A DNA stretch of 64,000 nt from Felis catus (lineage: Eukaryota): positions 83,888,001-83,952,000 of the forward strand of contig NC_058368.1 in NCBI RefSeq assembly GCF_018350175.1, in the 5' to 3' direction. This document shows, piece after piece, positions 51,201 through 64,000 of the stretch. Under the pieces are notes generated by a model. The model worked only from the letters and a program-made list of their open reading frames with translations. It did no database searches and was not told where the DNA came from. The position numbers and the translations under genes were made by a program. The first letter of the stretch is position 1. Each line of letters starts with the position of its first letter.

Positions 51201-53646
51201 AAAAAAAAAACAGCTCTTGGTTTCATTGATCTATTCTACTGTGTTTTTTTTTTTTTTGGTTACTATATTGTTTACTTCTGCTCTGATTTTTATTACTTCT
51301 CTTCTGCTGGGTTTGGGGTGTCTTTGCTTTTCTGCTTCCAGTTCCTTTGGGTGTGCTGTAGATTTTACATTTGGGATTTTTCTTGTTTCTTGAGATAGGC
51401 CTCGATTACAATGTATTTGCCTCTTAGGACTGCCTTCGCTGCATCCCAAAGGATTGTTGTGTTGTCATTATCATTTGATTCAACATATTTTTAAAATTTT
51501 TCTCTAATTACCTGGTTGATCCATTCATTATTTAGTAGGATGTTCTTTAACCCTCATGCTTTTGGACGTTTTCCAGACTTTTTCCTGTGGTTAATTTCAA
51601 GTTTCATAGCATTGTGATCTGAAAGTGTGCATGGTATGATCTCAATTCTTTTATATTTATTGAGGGCTGTTTTGTGACCCTGTATGTGATCTATCTTGGA
51701 GAATGTTCCATGTGCACTTTAGAAGAAAGTATATTCTGCTGCTTCAGGATGTAGGATTCTAAATAAACCTGTCAAGTCCATCTGATCCAGTGTGTCAATC
51801 AGGGCCATTGTTTCTTTATTGATTTTCTGTCTAGATGATCTATTCATTGTTGTAAGTGGAGTATTAAAGTCTCCTAAAATTACCACATTCTTACCAATAA
51901 GATTGCTCATGTTTGTGATTGTTTTAAATATTTGAGTGCTTTCAAATTTGGTGCATAGACATTTATAATTGTTAGGTCTTCCTGATGGATAGACCCTGCA
52001 ATTATTATATAATGCCTTCTTCATCTCTTGTGACAACCTTTAATTTAAAGTCTAGTTTGTCTGATATAAGTATGGCTACTCCAGCTTTCTTTTGACTTTC
52101 AGTAGCATGATAGATGATTTTCCATCCCCTTACTTTCAATCTGAAAGTGTCCTTGGGTCTAAAATAAGTCTCTTGTAGACAGCAAATAGATGGGTCCTGT
52201 TTTTTATCCATTTCTATACTCTGTGTTTTGATGGGAGCATTTAGTCCATTTACATTCAGTTATTATTGAAAGATATTGGTGTTGAGTCATTGTGTTATCT
52301 GTAGGTTTCATGCTTTTAATGATGTCTCTGGTGCTTTGTGGTCCTTGCAACATTTCACTCACAGGGTCTCCCTTAGGATTTCTTGTAGGGCTTGTTTAGT
52401 GGTGATGAATTCCTTCAGTTTTTGTTTGTTTGGAAAAACTTTTATATCTCCTTCTATTATGAATGACAGACTTACTGGATAAAGGATTCTTGGCTGCATA
52501 CTTTTCCTGTTCATCACATTGAAGATCTCCTGCTATTCCTTTCTGTCCTGCCAGTTTTCAGTAGATAGGTCTGCTACTGCCCTTATATGTCTACCCTTGT
52601 ATGTTAAGGCCCATTTATCCATAGCTTTTTTTCAGTAATCTCTCTTTATCATTGTATTTTCCAGTTTCACTATGATATGTCGTGCAGAAGATTGATTCAA
52701 TTTACATCTAAAGGGAGTTCTATGTGCTTCCTGGATATCAATGTCTGTTTCCCTCCCCAGTTAGGGGTAAGTTCTCAGATATGATTTTTTCAAGTATACC
52801 TTCAGACCCTTTCTCTCTTCTTCTTCTGGAATTCATATGATACTGATATTGTTCCTTTTGATTGCATCATTTAGTTCTCTAATTCTCCCCTCACGATCCT
52901 GGATTTTTTTATCTCTCTTTTTCTCAGCTTCCTCTTTTGCACAATTTTCTCTTCTAATTCACCTAGTCTCCCCTCTGCCTCTTCAATCTGTACTGGCCTA
53001 TATTTTATTTTGCACTTCGTGTATAGAATATTTTTAAAATTCATCATGACTATTTGTTAGTTCTTTGATCTCTGCAGAAATAGATTCTCTGCTGTCTTTT
53101 ATGGTTTTTTCAAACCCAGTGATTAATCATATGACTACTATTCTAAATTCTTGTTTGGTTCAGTATTGCTTATATGTGATTTGATCAATTCTTTATCTGT
53201 CACTTCTTCCTGGATTTTTTTTTTTGAGAGGAATTCTTCTGTTTCATAATTTTGGTTAGTTTTCTGTCCCTTATGAGTTTTAAAAGCTTGTTATTTGCTC
53301 TGCACCTGTGGCACTGCTATATTAAAGGGGGGGTCATACACTGTCTGGGGCCTGGTCCTTCAGGAGGTGTTTTTTTGTAGAGGGTTACTTGCTCTCTGTT
53401 GTTGTTGCTTTGGCTATTTTATTTCCCTACTCATAGTGATGTTTTGGACTCTCCAAAAGGTGTGCTTTGATTTGTTCCTTGAAATAGCCCTATAGCCCTT
53501 CAGGTTGTCCTGGTGTCTCCCTGGTATACCTAGCTTCTTTTCCTCTCAGACTCTCAGGATTCAAAGTCCTTTAGCTTCAGCCCTTCTTCGTTTGAGATAC
53601 ATGAGAAGTATGGATTCCCCACTCTCCCACCATATTGGCCCCTCCT
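48261..53646 (-). mobile_element. Near full-length felid L1 (3'UTR, ORF2, ORF1, internally deleted 5'UTR), degraded
   Basis: T-tail 48261-48310; minus ORFs [44 protein letters not shown]1 ATG near 53247; L1 5'-terminus-like ggaggggccaatatggtgggagagtgggg at 53617-53645. Confidence 0.92.
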
Positions 53647-53649
53647 CTA

Positions 53650-56600
53650 TTATTTTTTTTCTTCCTCCAATATGACAAAAATGAAGAAATTCACCCCAAA
53701 AGAAAGAACAGGAAGAAATGACAGCTAGGGACATAATCAACACAGATAGAAGCAAGATATATGAACAACAATTTAACCAAGATAAAAATTCTAGCTGGTG
53801 TTGAAAAAAAAACCTAGAATCATTTTCTATGGAGATAAAAGAATTAAAACCTAGTAAGGACAAAATTAAAAATGCTATAATCAAGATGCAATCTGAATGG
53901 ATGCCTTGGCAACAAGGATGGACAAAGCAGAGCAGTAAATCAGTGACATAGATGATAAAATTCTGGAGAATAATGAAGGAAACAGAAAAGAAAAAAAAAA
54001 CAGCAAACCTAAGGCAAAAGAGCACAACATAGATACCTCAGTGTCTTTTTAAAAAGGAATAACATCTGAATCATAGGGTTCCCAGAAGATGAAGAGAGAG
54101 CAAGAGGGGTAGAAGTTTTATGTGAGAAAATTATAGCAGAAAGCTTTAATAATCTGTGGAGAGACACAGACCTCAAAATCCAAGAAGCACAGAAAACTCC
54201 CATCAGATTTAAAAAAAAAGAAACCAACCATCAACAAGGAATATCATAGTCAAATTCACAAAATATTCAGACAAGGAAAGAATTGTGAGAACAGCAATGG
54301 GAAAAGTCCTTAACCTGTAAGGGAAGACAGATCAGTTTGCAGCAGACCTATCCACAGAAATTAGACAGGCTAGAAAGGAGTGGCAGGATATATTCAATGT
54401 GCTAAATCAGCCAAGAATTCTTTATGCATCAAGGTTGTCATTCAGAATAGAGGGAGAGGTAAGGATTTTCCCATACAAACAAAAACTAAAGGAGTTTGTG
54501 ACCACTAAACCAGCCCACAAGAAATTTTAATAGGGACTCTTTGAGGGGAGAAACGACAAAATGAAACAAAAGTCCAGAAGCAAGAAACTAGAAAGGCCCA
54601 GAGAACATCACCAGAAACACCAACTCTACAGGAAACACAATGGCACTGAATTCATATCTTTCAGTACTCACTCTAAACGTCAATGGACTAAACGCTCCAA
54701 TCAAAAGACATAGGGCATCAGAATGGATAAAAAAACAAAAACCCATATATATGCTGCTTACAAGAGACTCATTTTAGATCTAAGGACACCTACAGATTGA
54801 AAGTAAGGGGATGGAGAACCATATATCACGCTAATGGTTGCCACAAGAAAACTGGAGTAGCCATACTTATATCAAACTCAATTTTAAAATAAAGACTGTA
54901 ACAATAGATGAAGAAGGGTATTATATCAAAATTAAGCACTCTATCCACCAAGATCTAACAAATGTAAACATTTAAGCCCTCAAATGTGGAAAACATCCAG
55001 ATGTATAAATCAGTTAATTGCAAACATAAGGAAATACATTGATAATAATACCATAATATTAGGAGACTTCAACACTACACTCATAGGATTGGACAGATCA
55101 TATAAGCTGAAAATCAACCAGGTAACATGACTTTGAATGACACATTGGACTGGATATGTGGATGCAACAGATATATTCAGAATATTTCATCCTAAAGCAC
55201 CAGAACACACATTCTTCTTAAGTGCACATGGATCATTCCCCAGAATAGATCACATACTGAGAAACATATCAACCCTTGACAAGTACAAAAAGATTGAGAC
55301 CATACATGCATATTTTCAGACCACAACGCTATGGAACTAGAAATCAACTACATGAAAAAATTTGGAAATACCATTAATACTTGGAGATTAAAGAATACGC
55401 TAATAAAGAAAGAACAGGTTAGCCAGGAAATTAAAGATGAAATTTAAAAGTATATGAAAGCCAATGAAAGTGAAAATACAATATCCCAAATACTCTGGGA
55501 CGCAACAATGGCAGTCATAAGAGGGAAGTATATAGCAATTTAGGCCTTCCTAAAGAAGGAAGAAAGGTCTCAGATGCACAGCCTACCCTTAAACCTTAAA
55601 GAGCTGGAAAAAAACCAGCAAACAAATGCCCAAAACAGCAGAAGACGAGGAATAATAAAGATTAGAGCAGAAACCAATACAATAAAAATCAAGAAATCAG
55701 TAGAACAGATCAATGAAACCAGGCACTGGTTGAAAGACTTAACAAAATTGATAAACCCCTATCCAGATTGATCAAAAAGAAAAAGGAAAGAATTAAAATA
55801 AATAAAATCATGAATGAAAGAGGATAGATTACAATGCAACCAACACTACAGAAATACAAACAATAATAAGAGAATATTATGAGCAATTATATGTCAGAAA
55901 ATTGGGCATACTGGAAGAAATGGACAAATTCCTAGAAACATATAAACAACCAAAGTTGAAACAGGAAGAAATAGAAAATTCAAACAGACCTATAATCAGT
56001 AAAGAAATTGAATCAGCAAAGTCTCCCAACAAACAGGAGTCCAAGGTCGGATGGCTTTCCAGGGGAATTCTACCAAACACTTAAAGAACAGTTAACACCA
56101 GTTGTTTTAAAGCTATCCCCCCCAAAATAGAAATGGATGTAAATCTTCCAAACTCATTCTACTCAGCCAGCATGACCTTGATACCAAAACCAAAGACCCC
56201 ACTAAAAAGGAGAATTATAGACCAATTTCCCTGATGAACAGGAATGCAAAAATTCTCAACAAGATAATAGCCAACTGGGTTCAACAATACATTAAAAGAA
56301 TTATTCACCATGATCCATTAGGATTTATTCCTGGGATTAAGGATTGTTTCAATATCTGCAAATTAATCAATGTGATACATCACATTAATAAAAGCAAGAA
56401 TAAGAACCATATGATCCTCTCAATAGATGTAGAGAAAGTATGTGACAAAATACAGCATCCTTTCTTGAGAAAAACCATCAAGAAAGTAAGGATATAAGGA
56501 TCATACCTCAAGATCATAAAAGCCATTTGTGAAAGACCCACTGCTAATATCATTTTCAACAACTAATAACATTTTCTCAGGAAAAACTGAGAGCTTTCCT

Positions 56601-58756
56601 CCTGAGGACAGGAGCACGACAAGGATGTCCACTCTCACTACGGTTGTTCAACATGGTGTTGGAAGTACTAGCCTTAGCAACCAGACAACAAAAGGATATA
56701 AAAGGCATCTAAATCAGCAAGGAGGAAGTCAAACATTCACTCTTCACAGATGACAGGATTTTATGTGGAAAACCCAAAAACTGTAACTCAAAACTGCTAG
56801 AAATGATAAATGAATTCAGCAAAGTCCTGATATAACATCAACATACAGAAATTGGTTGAATTTTTATACACCATTAATGAAGCATCAGAAAAGGAAATCA
56901 AGGAACCAATCCCATTTACAACTTCACCAAAAACAATAAAATACCTAGGAATAAGCCTAACCAAAGAGGTAGCAGATCTATACACTGAAAATTATAGAAA
57001 GTTTATGAAAAAATGAAGAAGATGAAAACAATGTAAACATTCCATTCTCATGGATTGAAAGAATAAATATTGCTAAAATGTCAATACTATCCAAAACAAT
57101 CTACATATTCAACAGCAATCCCTATCAAAATAACATAAGCATTCTTCACAGAGCTAGAAGAAACAATCCTAAAATCTGTATAGAACCAGAAAAGACCCCA
57201 AAAAGCCAAAGCAATCCTGAAGAGGAAAACCAAAGCTGGAGTTATCACAATTTGGACTTCAAGCTGCATTACTAAGCAGCAGTCATCAAGACAGTGTGGT
57301 ACTGGCACAAAAACAGACACACAGATGAAGGGAGCAGAATATAGAACCCAGAAATGGACCTACAAACGTAGGGCCAACTAATCTTTGACAAAGCAGGAAA
57401 AGATATCCAATGGAAAAAAAGACAGTCTCTTCAGCAAATGGTGTTGGGAAAACTGGACAGTGACATGCAGAAGAATGAACCTGGATCACTTTCTCACACC
57501 ATACACAAAAAAACTCAAATTGGATGAAAGACCTAAATGTAAGACATAAAGCCATAAAAATCCTAGAAGAGAAAACAGGAAACAACCTCTTTGACCTTGG
57601 CTGCAGCAACTTCTTACTTGACATGCCTCTGGAGGCAAGGGAAACAAAAGAAAAAAAAATGTACTATTGGGATCTCATCAAAATAAAAAGCTTCTGTAAA
57701 GCAAAGGAAACAATCAGAAAAACTAAAAGTCAATCAATGGAATGGGAGAAGATGTTTGGAAATGACATATCAGATAAAGGGTTAATATTCAAAATCTATG
57801 AAGAACTTATCAGACTCAACACCAAATAAACAAATGATCCAGTGAAGAAATGGAAAAGACAAGAATAGACATTTTTCCAAAGATGGCTAACAAATACATG
57901 AAAAGATGCTCAACATCACTCATCATCAGGAAAATAACAAACCCAAACCACAAGGAGTACCACCTCACACTGTAAGAATGGCTAAAATTAACAACTCAGG
58001 TCACAACAGATTTCGTTGAGGATGCGAAGAAAAAGGAACAATTTTGCACTGATGGTGGGAATGAAAAGTGGTGCAGTCTCTCTGGAAAACAGTATGGAGG
58101 TTCCTCAAAATTTAAAAATATAACTACCTTACGACCCAGCAATTGTAGTACTAGGTATTTATGCAAAGGATACAAAACTGCTGATTTGAAGGGGCACATG
58201 CACTCCAATGAGTATAGCAGCACTATCAATAATAGCCAAAATATGGAAAGAGCCCAAACCAAATGTCCCACGAAAGGACCACATCTTCTTTATATAAATA
58301 TGTGTGTGTGTGTGTGTACATATATGCAATGGAATATTACTTGGTGATCAAAAAGAATGATATTTTGCCATTTGCAACAATGTGGATGGAGCTAAAGTGA
58401 ATTATGCTAAGCGAAAAAGTCAGTCAGAGAAAGACAAGGATCTTATGATTTCACTCATATGTGTAATTTAAGAAACAAGACAGAAGAACATAGGGGAAGG
58501 TACAGAAAAAATAAGATGAAAACAGAGGAGCAGACAAACCTTAAGAGACTCTCAAACACCGAGAACCTACTGAGGGTTGCTGGTGGGTTGGTGGGATGGG
58601 CTAAATGGGTGAGGGACATTAAGGAGGGCACTTCTTGGGATGAGCACTAGGTGTTATACATAAGTGATGAATCACTAAGTTCTATTCCTGAAATCATAAT
58701 TAGCCTATATGTTAATGAACTTTGATTTAAATTTGAAAAAAAGAAGAAAAGAAAAT
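53650..58756 (+). mobile_element. Carnivore L1 from ORF1 start through ORF2, 3'UTR and tail; 5'UTR missing; degraded
   Basis: atgacaaaaatgaagaaattcaccccaaaagaaagaacagg ORF1 start near 53672; ORF2 remnants [13 protein letters not shown] tail 58736-58756. Confidence 0.92.
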
Positions 58757-60674
58757 ACAGTAATTATCCTATTTGACTCCAAATAGATGGCCTGATATTT
58801 AGTCCCCAGATATTCTGGGAATTCTCAAATTACTTGTATAGTCTTATATTTTTTCCAGAATACATAAATATTGATCATGCTTACCAAATTTTGAAATATA
58901 TGAGTATATTTTTCATTGTATTTACTTATATTTTTCAAACAGTAATTCTATTTTACATTTGAATTTTTTTTTTGGTTTTCAAATTCATCATTTGTTTATC
59001 TTTTCTTTTTTCTGTTTTATTTTCTCAGAGATTTTTGAGCATCTTTTTCTGCTCTTAAACAGTTTTAGCTGTTATCTGTTCTTCATTTTTTAAGATAATT
59101 TTAAAATATTTATTTATTTAATTTATTTCTAATCAATATTAACCTGGAGTAAGGTTAATATTTTTTGTTCATATTTCTTTTTGTATATCTCAAGTATAGT
59201 GTTTGAATACTACTTTATAGAAATATGTTATTTTTAAAGAATACAATTTAAAATATTTTTGTAAATATCATCTTGTAAATTGCTAATGTGATTTTACTAT
59301 TCTTCCTTATTAACTTTTACTTTTGATATATGATGTTGTCTAAAAGTGAATGTTGTATACTTTAAATTAATACACTGCTTTTTTATAGCTATTATTAAAT
59401 TTTATTCAAAACTTGGTGCTGAAATATGATTAAGTCTTTTATATATTGTATACAGCTTTCATATAACAATTACTGAATAGTTATACAGTACCATATATCT
59501 TCGTTATCCATCATTGCATTCCCTTCTATTTTTGTAATAAAAAACACACACTATTGCACTGCATATTAACTAATTAAAATTTAAATTAAAAAAGACATAT
59601 AGATTCAAAAATGCAATTAATTTCAGACTAATAAAGATTATTGTCTTAATTCTTTCTGATTTTTTGTACCAGTTTTATGATCAATAACCAATACATGATG
59701 GTTACACAACAGCCATTCAGTAAATATTTGTATTGTGAATAAATAAAGCAAAGACTGGCAAAACTTTTAGAGTATTTAACAAATTGCTTAGTTAAGTTGT
59801 TAAGGATCGCTTTAAAACAGCTTACTAAAAACAGTTAATGTGTTACTTTGGTTCATTTACGGAAAATAAATGAAGCATGTCTTTTATTTTCTATATCTCT
59901 GCAAAATCTTGGGACTGATAGCTAATTACCTGTAAGGATATATCCCCAAGGACCTTCTAAGAATCCCAGTCCCCTCTGTGCCCCTAATACTTTTCCTAAA
60001 TGGAAAGAGTGCTAATACATCTTCTGCCTATCTCTTAATATCTAAACAATGTCATATATTTAACTGGGGAGTCACTCAGAATGAAGGAACCTAAGATAAG
60101 ATCTGAAGGCAGGAAGGTCCACAGGTGACTCATCAGCTGACTTATGTTTGCCCACTCTGACACCCAACTGCTTTCCAACCAGGTAATTCTATTTTTGACA
60201 TAGAATAGTTAGACTATAAAGAAATAAAAAATCGGAGTTGCATAAATTCAGAAGGCATATTTCCTGGATGTAAAGGGAACCTATGCTAATTTCTGTGGAA
60301 CTTTATAGAAAAATATGTATTTTAAGATGCATACATTACAATTGTGCTCTATTTATCATTAATAATTCTGTCCTGTATATTTATTGTAAAATTTGTATGT
60401 CAAAACACACACACAAGAATCATTATTTATATGATTGCTTTGTCATAAAAATTTTATTACACTCTATTTTATTTATCATACTACAATGGTGAGTTTGTAA
60501 AAATTCTTTATATTGAAAGGCAAAAAGAATTAAGAAGTGGATTGCTTAGCAAAAATGATTTAAAAAAATAGGTTTTGATTATTTCCTGTTTAGATATTTA
60601 TATATGCTAACAAGAAAAAAAAAAACCTAAGCCTTAGAGAAGCTACATTTTAAGCTACTTAATAAATAGTACTT

Positions 60675-63600
60675 GAGGACCAAGGGAAGATGGCATGGTA
60701 GGAGGATGCCGGGCTCACCACGGGTTCTGCTGATCACTTAGATTCCACCTACACCTGCCTAAATAACCCAGAAAACCACCAGAAGACTAGCAGAATGGAG
60801 TCTCCGGAGCCAAGCTCAGACGAGAGGCCCACGGAAGAGGGTAGGAGGGGCGGAGAGGTGGTGCCTGCTGCACAGACTGACGGGAGGGAACCGGGGTGGA
60901 GGGGCAGCCTGCCAGCCAAGCAGAGCCCCCGAGTCTGGCTTGCAAAAGCGGAAGGGCCAGAAGGAGTGTGTTCCCACAGCAAGCGCGACTTAGCATCTGG
61001 GAGGTCATAAGTGAACAGCTCTGCTCAGAAAGCCAGAAGGCTGGAGGACACAGGGAGGGAGAGTTGCTGAGCCCCCTGATGACAGAGCTCAGTTTGTTGG
61101 GGAACAAACGTGCTCACCAGTGCCATCTCCCTTGCCCATCCCCCAGCCAAAATCCCAAAGGGAACCAGTTCCTGCCAGGGAACTTGCTTGTTCCCCACAA
61201 ACACCCAACGCTGTGCTTCTGTGGAGCCACCCCTCCGGCAGCGGGTCTGACTCCCTCCCTCTGTCACAGGACCCCTCCTGAAGTGGATAACCTAAGGAGA
61301 AGCAAGCTAAGCCTGACCCTCCGGCCCCCTTGCACCTTGCCTAGCCACCCCAGCTAATACACAAAATCCCCAGCACCACAAACCTGGCAGTGTGCAAGTA
61401 GCCCAGAGGGGCCACACCACCCCACAGTGAATCCCGCCCCTAGGAGAGGGGAAGAGAAGGCACACACCAGTCTGACTGTGGCCCCAGCGGTGGGCTAGGG
61501 GCAGACATCAAGTCTGACTGTGGCTCAGCCCACCAACTCCAGTTATACACCACAGCACAGGGGAAGTGCCCTGCAGGTCCACACCACTCCAGGGACTATC
61601 CAAAATGACCAAACGGGAGAATTCCCGTCAAAAGAATCTCCAGGAAATAACAACAGCTAACGAACTGATCAAAAAGGATTTAAATAATATAACAGAAATT
61701 GAATTTAGAATAATAGTCATAAAATTAATCGCTGGGCTTGAAAACAGTATAGAGGACAGCAGAGACTGTCTTGCTACAGAGATCAAGGGACTCAGGAACA
61801 GCCAGAAGGAGCTGAAAAACGCTTTAAACGAAATGCAAAATAAAATGGAAACAATGATGTCTCGGATTGAAGAGGCAGAGGAGAGAATAGGTGAAGTAGA
61901 AGATAAAGTTATGGAAAAAAGGGAAGCTGAGAAAAAGAGAAATAAAAAAATACAGGAGTATTAGGGGAAAATTAGAGAACTAAGTGATACACTAAAAAGA
62001 AATAATATACGCATAATTGGTATCCCAGAGGAGGAAGAGAGAGGGAAAGGTGCTGAAGGGGTACTTGAAGAAATCATAGCTGAAAACTTCCCTGAACTGG
62101 GGAAGGAAAAAGGCATTGAAATCCAAGAGGCACAGAGAACTCCCTTCAGACGTAACTTGAATCGATCTTCTGCACGACATATCATAGTGAAACTGGCAAA
62201 ATACAAGGATAAAGAGAACATTCTGAAAGCAGCAAGGGATAAACATGCCCTAACATATAAAGGGAGACCTATAAGACTCATGACTGATCTCTCTTTTGAA
62301 ACTTGGCAGGCCAGAAAGGATTGGCACAAGATCTTCAATGTGCTGAACAGAAAAAATATTCAGGCGAGAATCCTTTTTCCAGCAAGTCTGTCATTTAGAA
62401 TAGAAGAAGAGATAAAGGTCTTCCCAAACAAACAAAAACTGAAGGAATTTGTCACCACTAAACAGCCCTACTAGAGATCCTAAGGGGGATCCTGTGAGAC
62501 AAAGTACCAGAGACATTGCTACAAGCATAAAACATACAGTCATCATAACGACTCTAAACCCATATCTTTCTACAATAACACTGAATGTAAATGGACTAAG
62601 TGTGCCAACCAAAAGACATAGGGTATCAGACTGGATAAAAAAACAAGACCCATCTATTTTCTGTCTACAAGAGACTCATTTTAGATCTGAGGACACCTTT
62701 AGATTGAGAGTGAGGGGATGGAGAACTATTTATCATGCGACTGGAAGCCAAAAGAAAGCTGGAGTAGCCATACTTATATCAGACAAACTAGACTTTCAAT
62801 TAAAGGCTGTAACAAGAGATGAAGAAGGGCATTATATATTAATTACAGGGTCTATCCACCAGGAAGAGCTAACAATTATAAATGTCTATGTGCCGAATAC
62901 CGGAGCCCCCAAATATGTAAAACAATTACTCACAAACATAAGCAACCTTATTGATAAGAATGTGGTAATAGCAGGGGACTTTAACACTCCACTTACAGAA
63001 AAGGATAGATCATCTATACACACGGTCAATAAAGAAACAAGGGCCCTGAATGACACATTGGATCAGATGGACTTGACAGATATATTTAGAACTCTGCATC
63101 CCAAAGCAACAGAATATACTTTCTTCTCGAGTGCACATAGAACATTCTCCAAGATAGATCATATACTGGGTCACAAAACAGCCCTTCATAAGTATACAAA
63201 AATTGAAATTATACCATGCATACTTTCAGACCACAATGCTATGAAGCTTGAAATCAACCACAGGAAAAAGTCTGGAAAACCTCCAAAAGCATGGAGATTA
63301 AAGAACACCCTACTAAAGAATGAGTGGGTCAACCAGGGAATTAGAGAAGAAATTAAAAAATATGTGGAAACAAACGAAAATGAAAATACAACAATCCAAA
63401 CGCTTTGGGATGCAGCGATGGCAGTCCTGAGAGGAAAATACATTGCAATCCAGGCCTATCTCAAGAAACAAGAAAAATCCCAAATACAAAATCTAACAGC
63501 ACACCTAAAGGAAATAGAAGCAGAACAGCAAAGGCAGCCCAAACCCAGAAGAAGAAGAGAAATAATAAAGATCAGAACAGAAATAAACAATATAGAATCT

Positions 63601-64000
63601 AATAAAACTGTAGAGCAGGTCAATGAAACCAAGAGTTGTTTTTTGAAAAAAAATAAACAAAATTGACAAACTTCTAGCCAGGCTTCTCAAAAAGAAAAGG
63701 GAGATGACCCAAATAGTAAAATCAAGAATGAAAGTGGAATTATGACAACCAATCCCTCAGATATACAAACAATTATCAGGGAATACTATGAAAAATTATA
63801 TGCCAACAAATTGGACAACCTGGAAGAAATGGACAAATTCCTAAACACCCACACACTTCCAAAACTCAATCAGGAGGAAATAGAAAGCTTGAACAGACCC
63901 ATAACCAGCAAAGAAATTGAATCGGTTATCAAAAAGCTCCCAACAAATAAGAGTCCAGGACCAGATGGCTTCCCAGGGGAGTTCTACCAGACGTTTAAAG
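60675..64000 (+). mobile_element. Felid L1 copy C, full 5' end, continuing past the window
   Basis: gggaagatggc at ~60684; 5'UTR collinear with copies A and B; ORF1 ATG 61605 with premature TAG at 61962; ORF2 start is ACG at 62548, frame open to a frameshift near 63650. Confidence 0.96.

Noticed and set aside
60675..64000. Copy C as a segmental duplicate of copy A
   Set aside because: The 5' flanks are unrelated (old L1 ORF2 for A, unique AT-rich DNA for C), so these are independent insertions.

Overview
Mammalian nuclear DNA from a cat-family carnivore (Felidae inferred from felid-type Can-SINEs and L1s). It is a LINE-1-saturated segment (roughly 75-80% L1 by eye) typical of an olfactory-receptor cluster. 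The only host gene is an OR2T-family (OR2T4/5/29-like) olfactory receptor pseudogene at ~39248-40199 (+). No L1 copy has intact ORFs. Notable structure: (1) a three-level co-oriented L1-in-L1-in-L1 nest (15020-33045) with exact TSDs, whose outer host also holds a 900-bp solo ERV LTR, a twin-primed 5'-inverted L1 and a SINE; (2) non-tree-like sharing of variants among three young L1s, including an identical ORF2 frameshift, suggesting gene conversion; (3) a 73-codon ATG-initiated antisense ORF in the felid L1 5'UTR, positionally reminiscent of primate ORF0; (4) repeated independent microsatellite, hairpin, inversion and insertion events at one homologous site near the L1 ORF2 3' end; (5) a spacer-less head-to-head L1 pair of ~10.5 kb. 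I found no convincing evidence of a wholly new biological system. Subfamily names are from recollection of consensus sequences, not from a search, and boundaries of old repeats are approximate.
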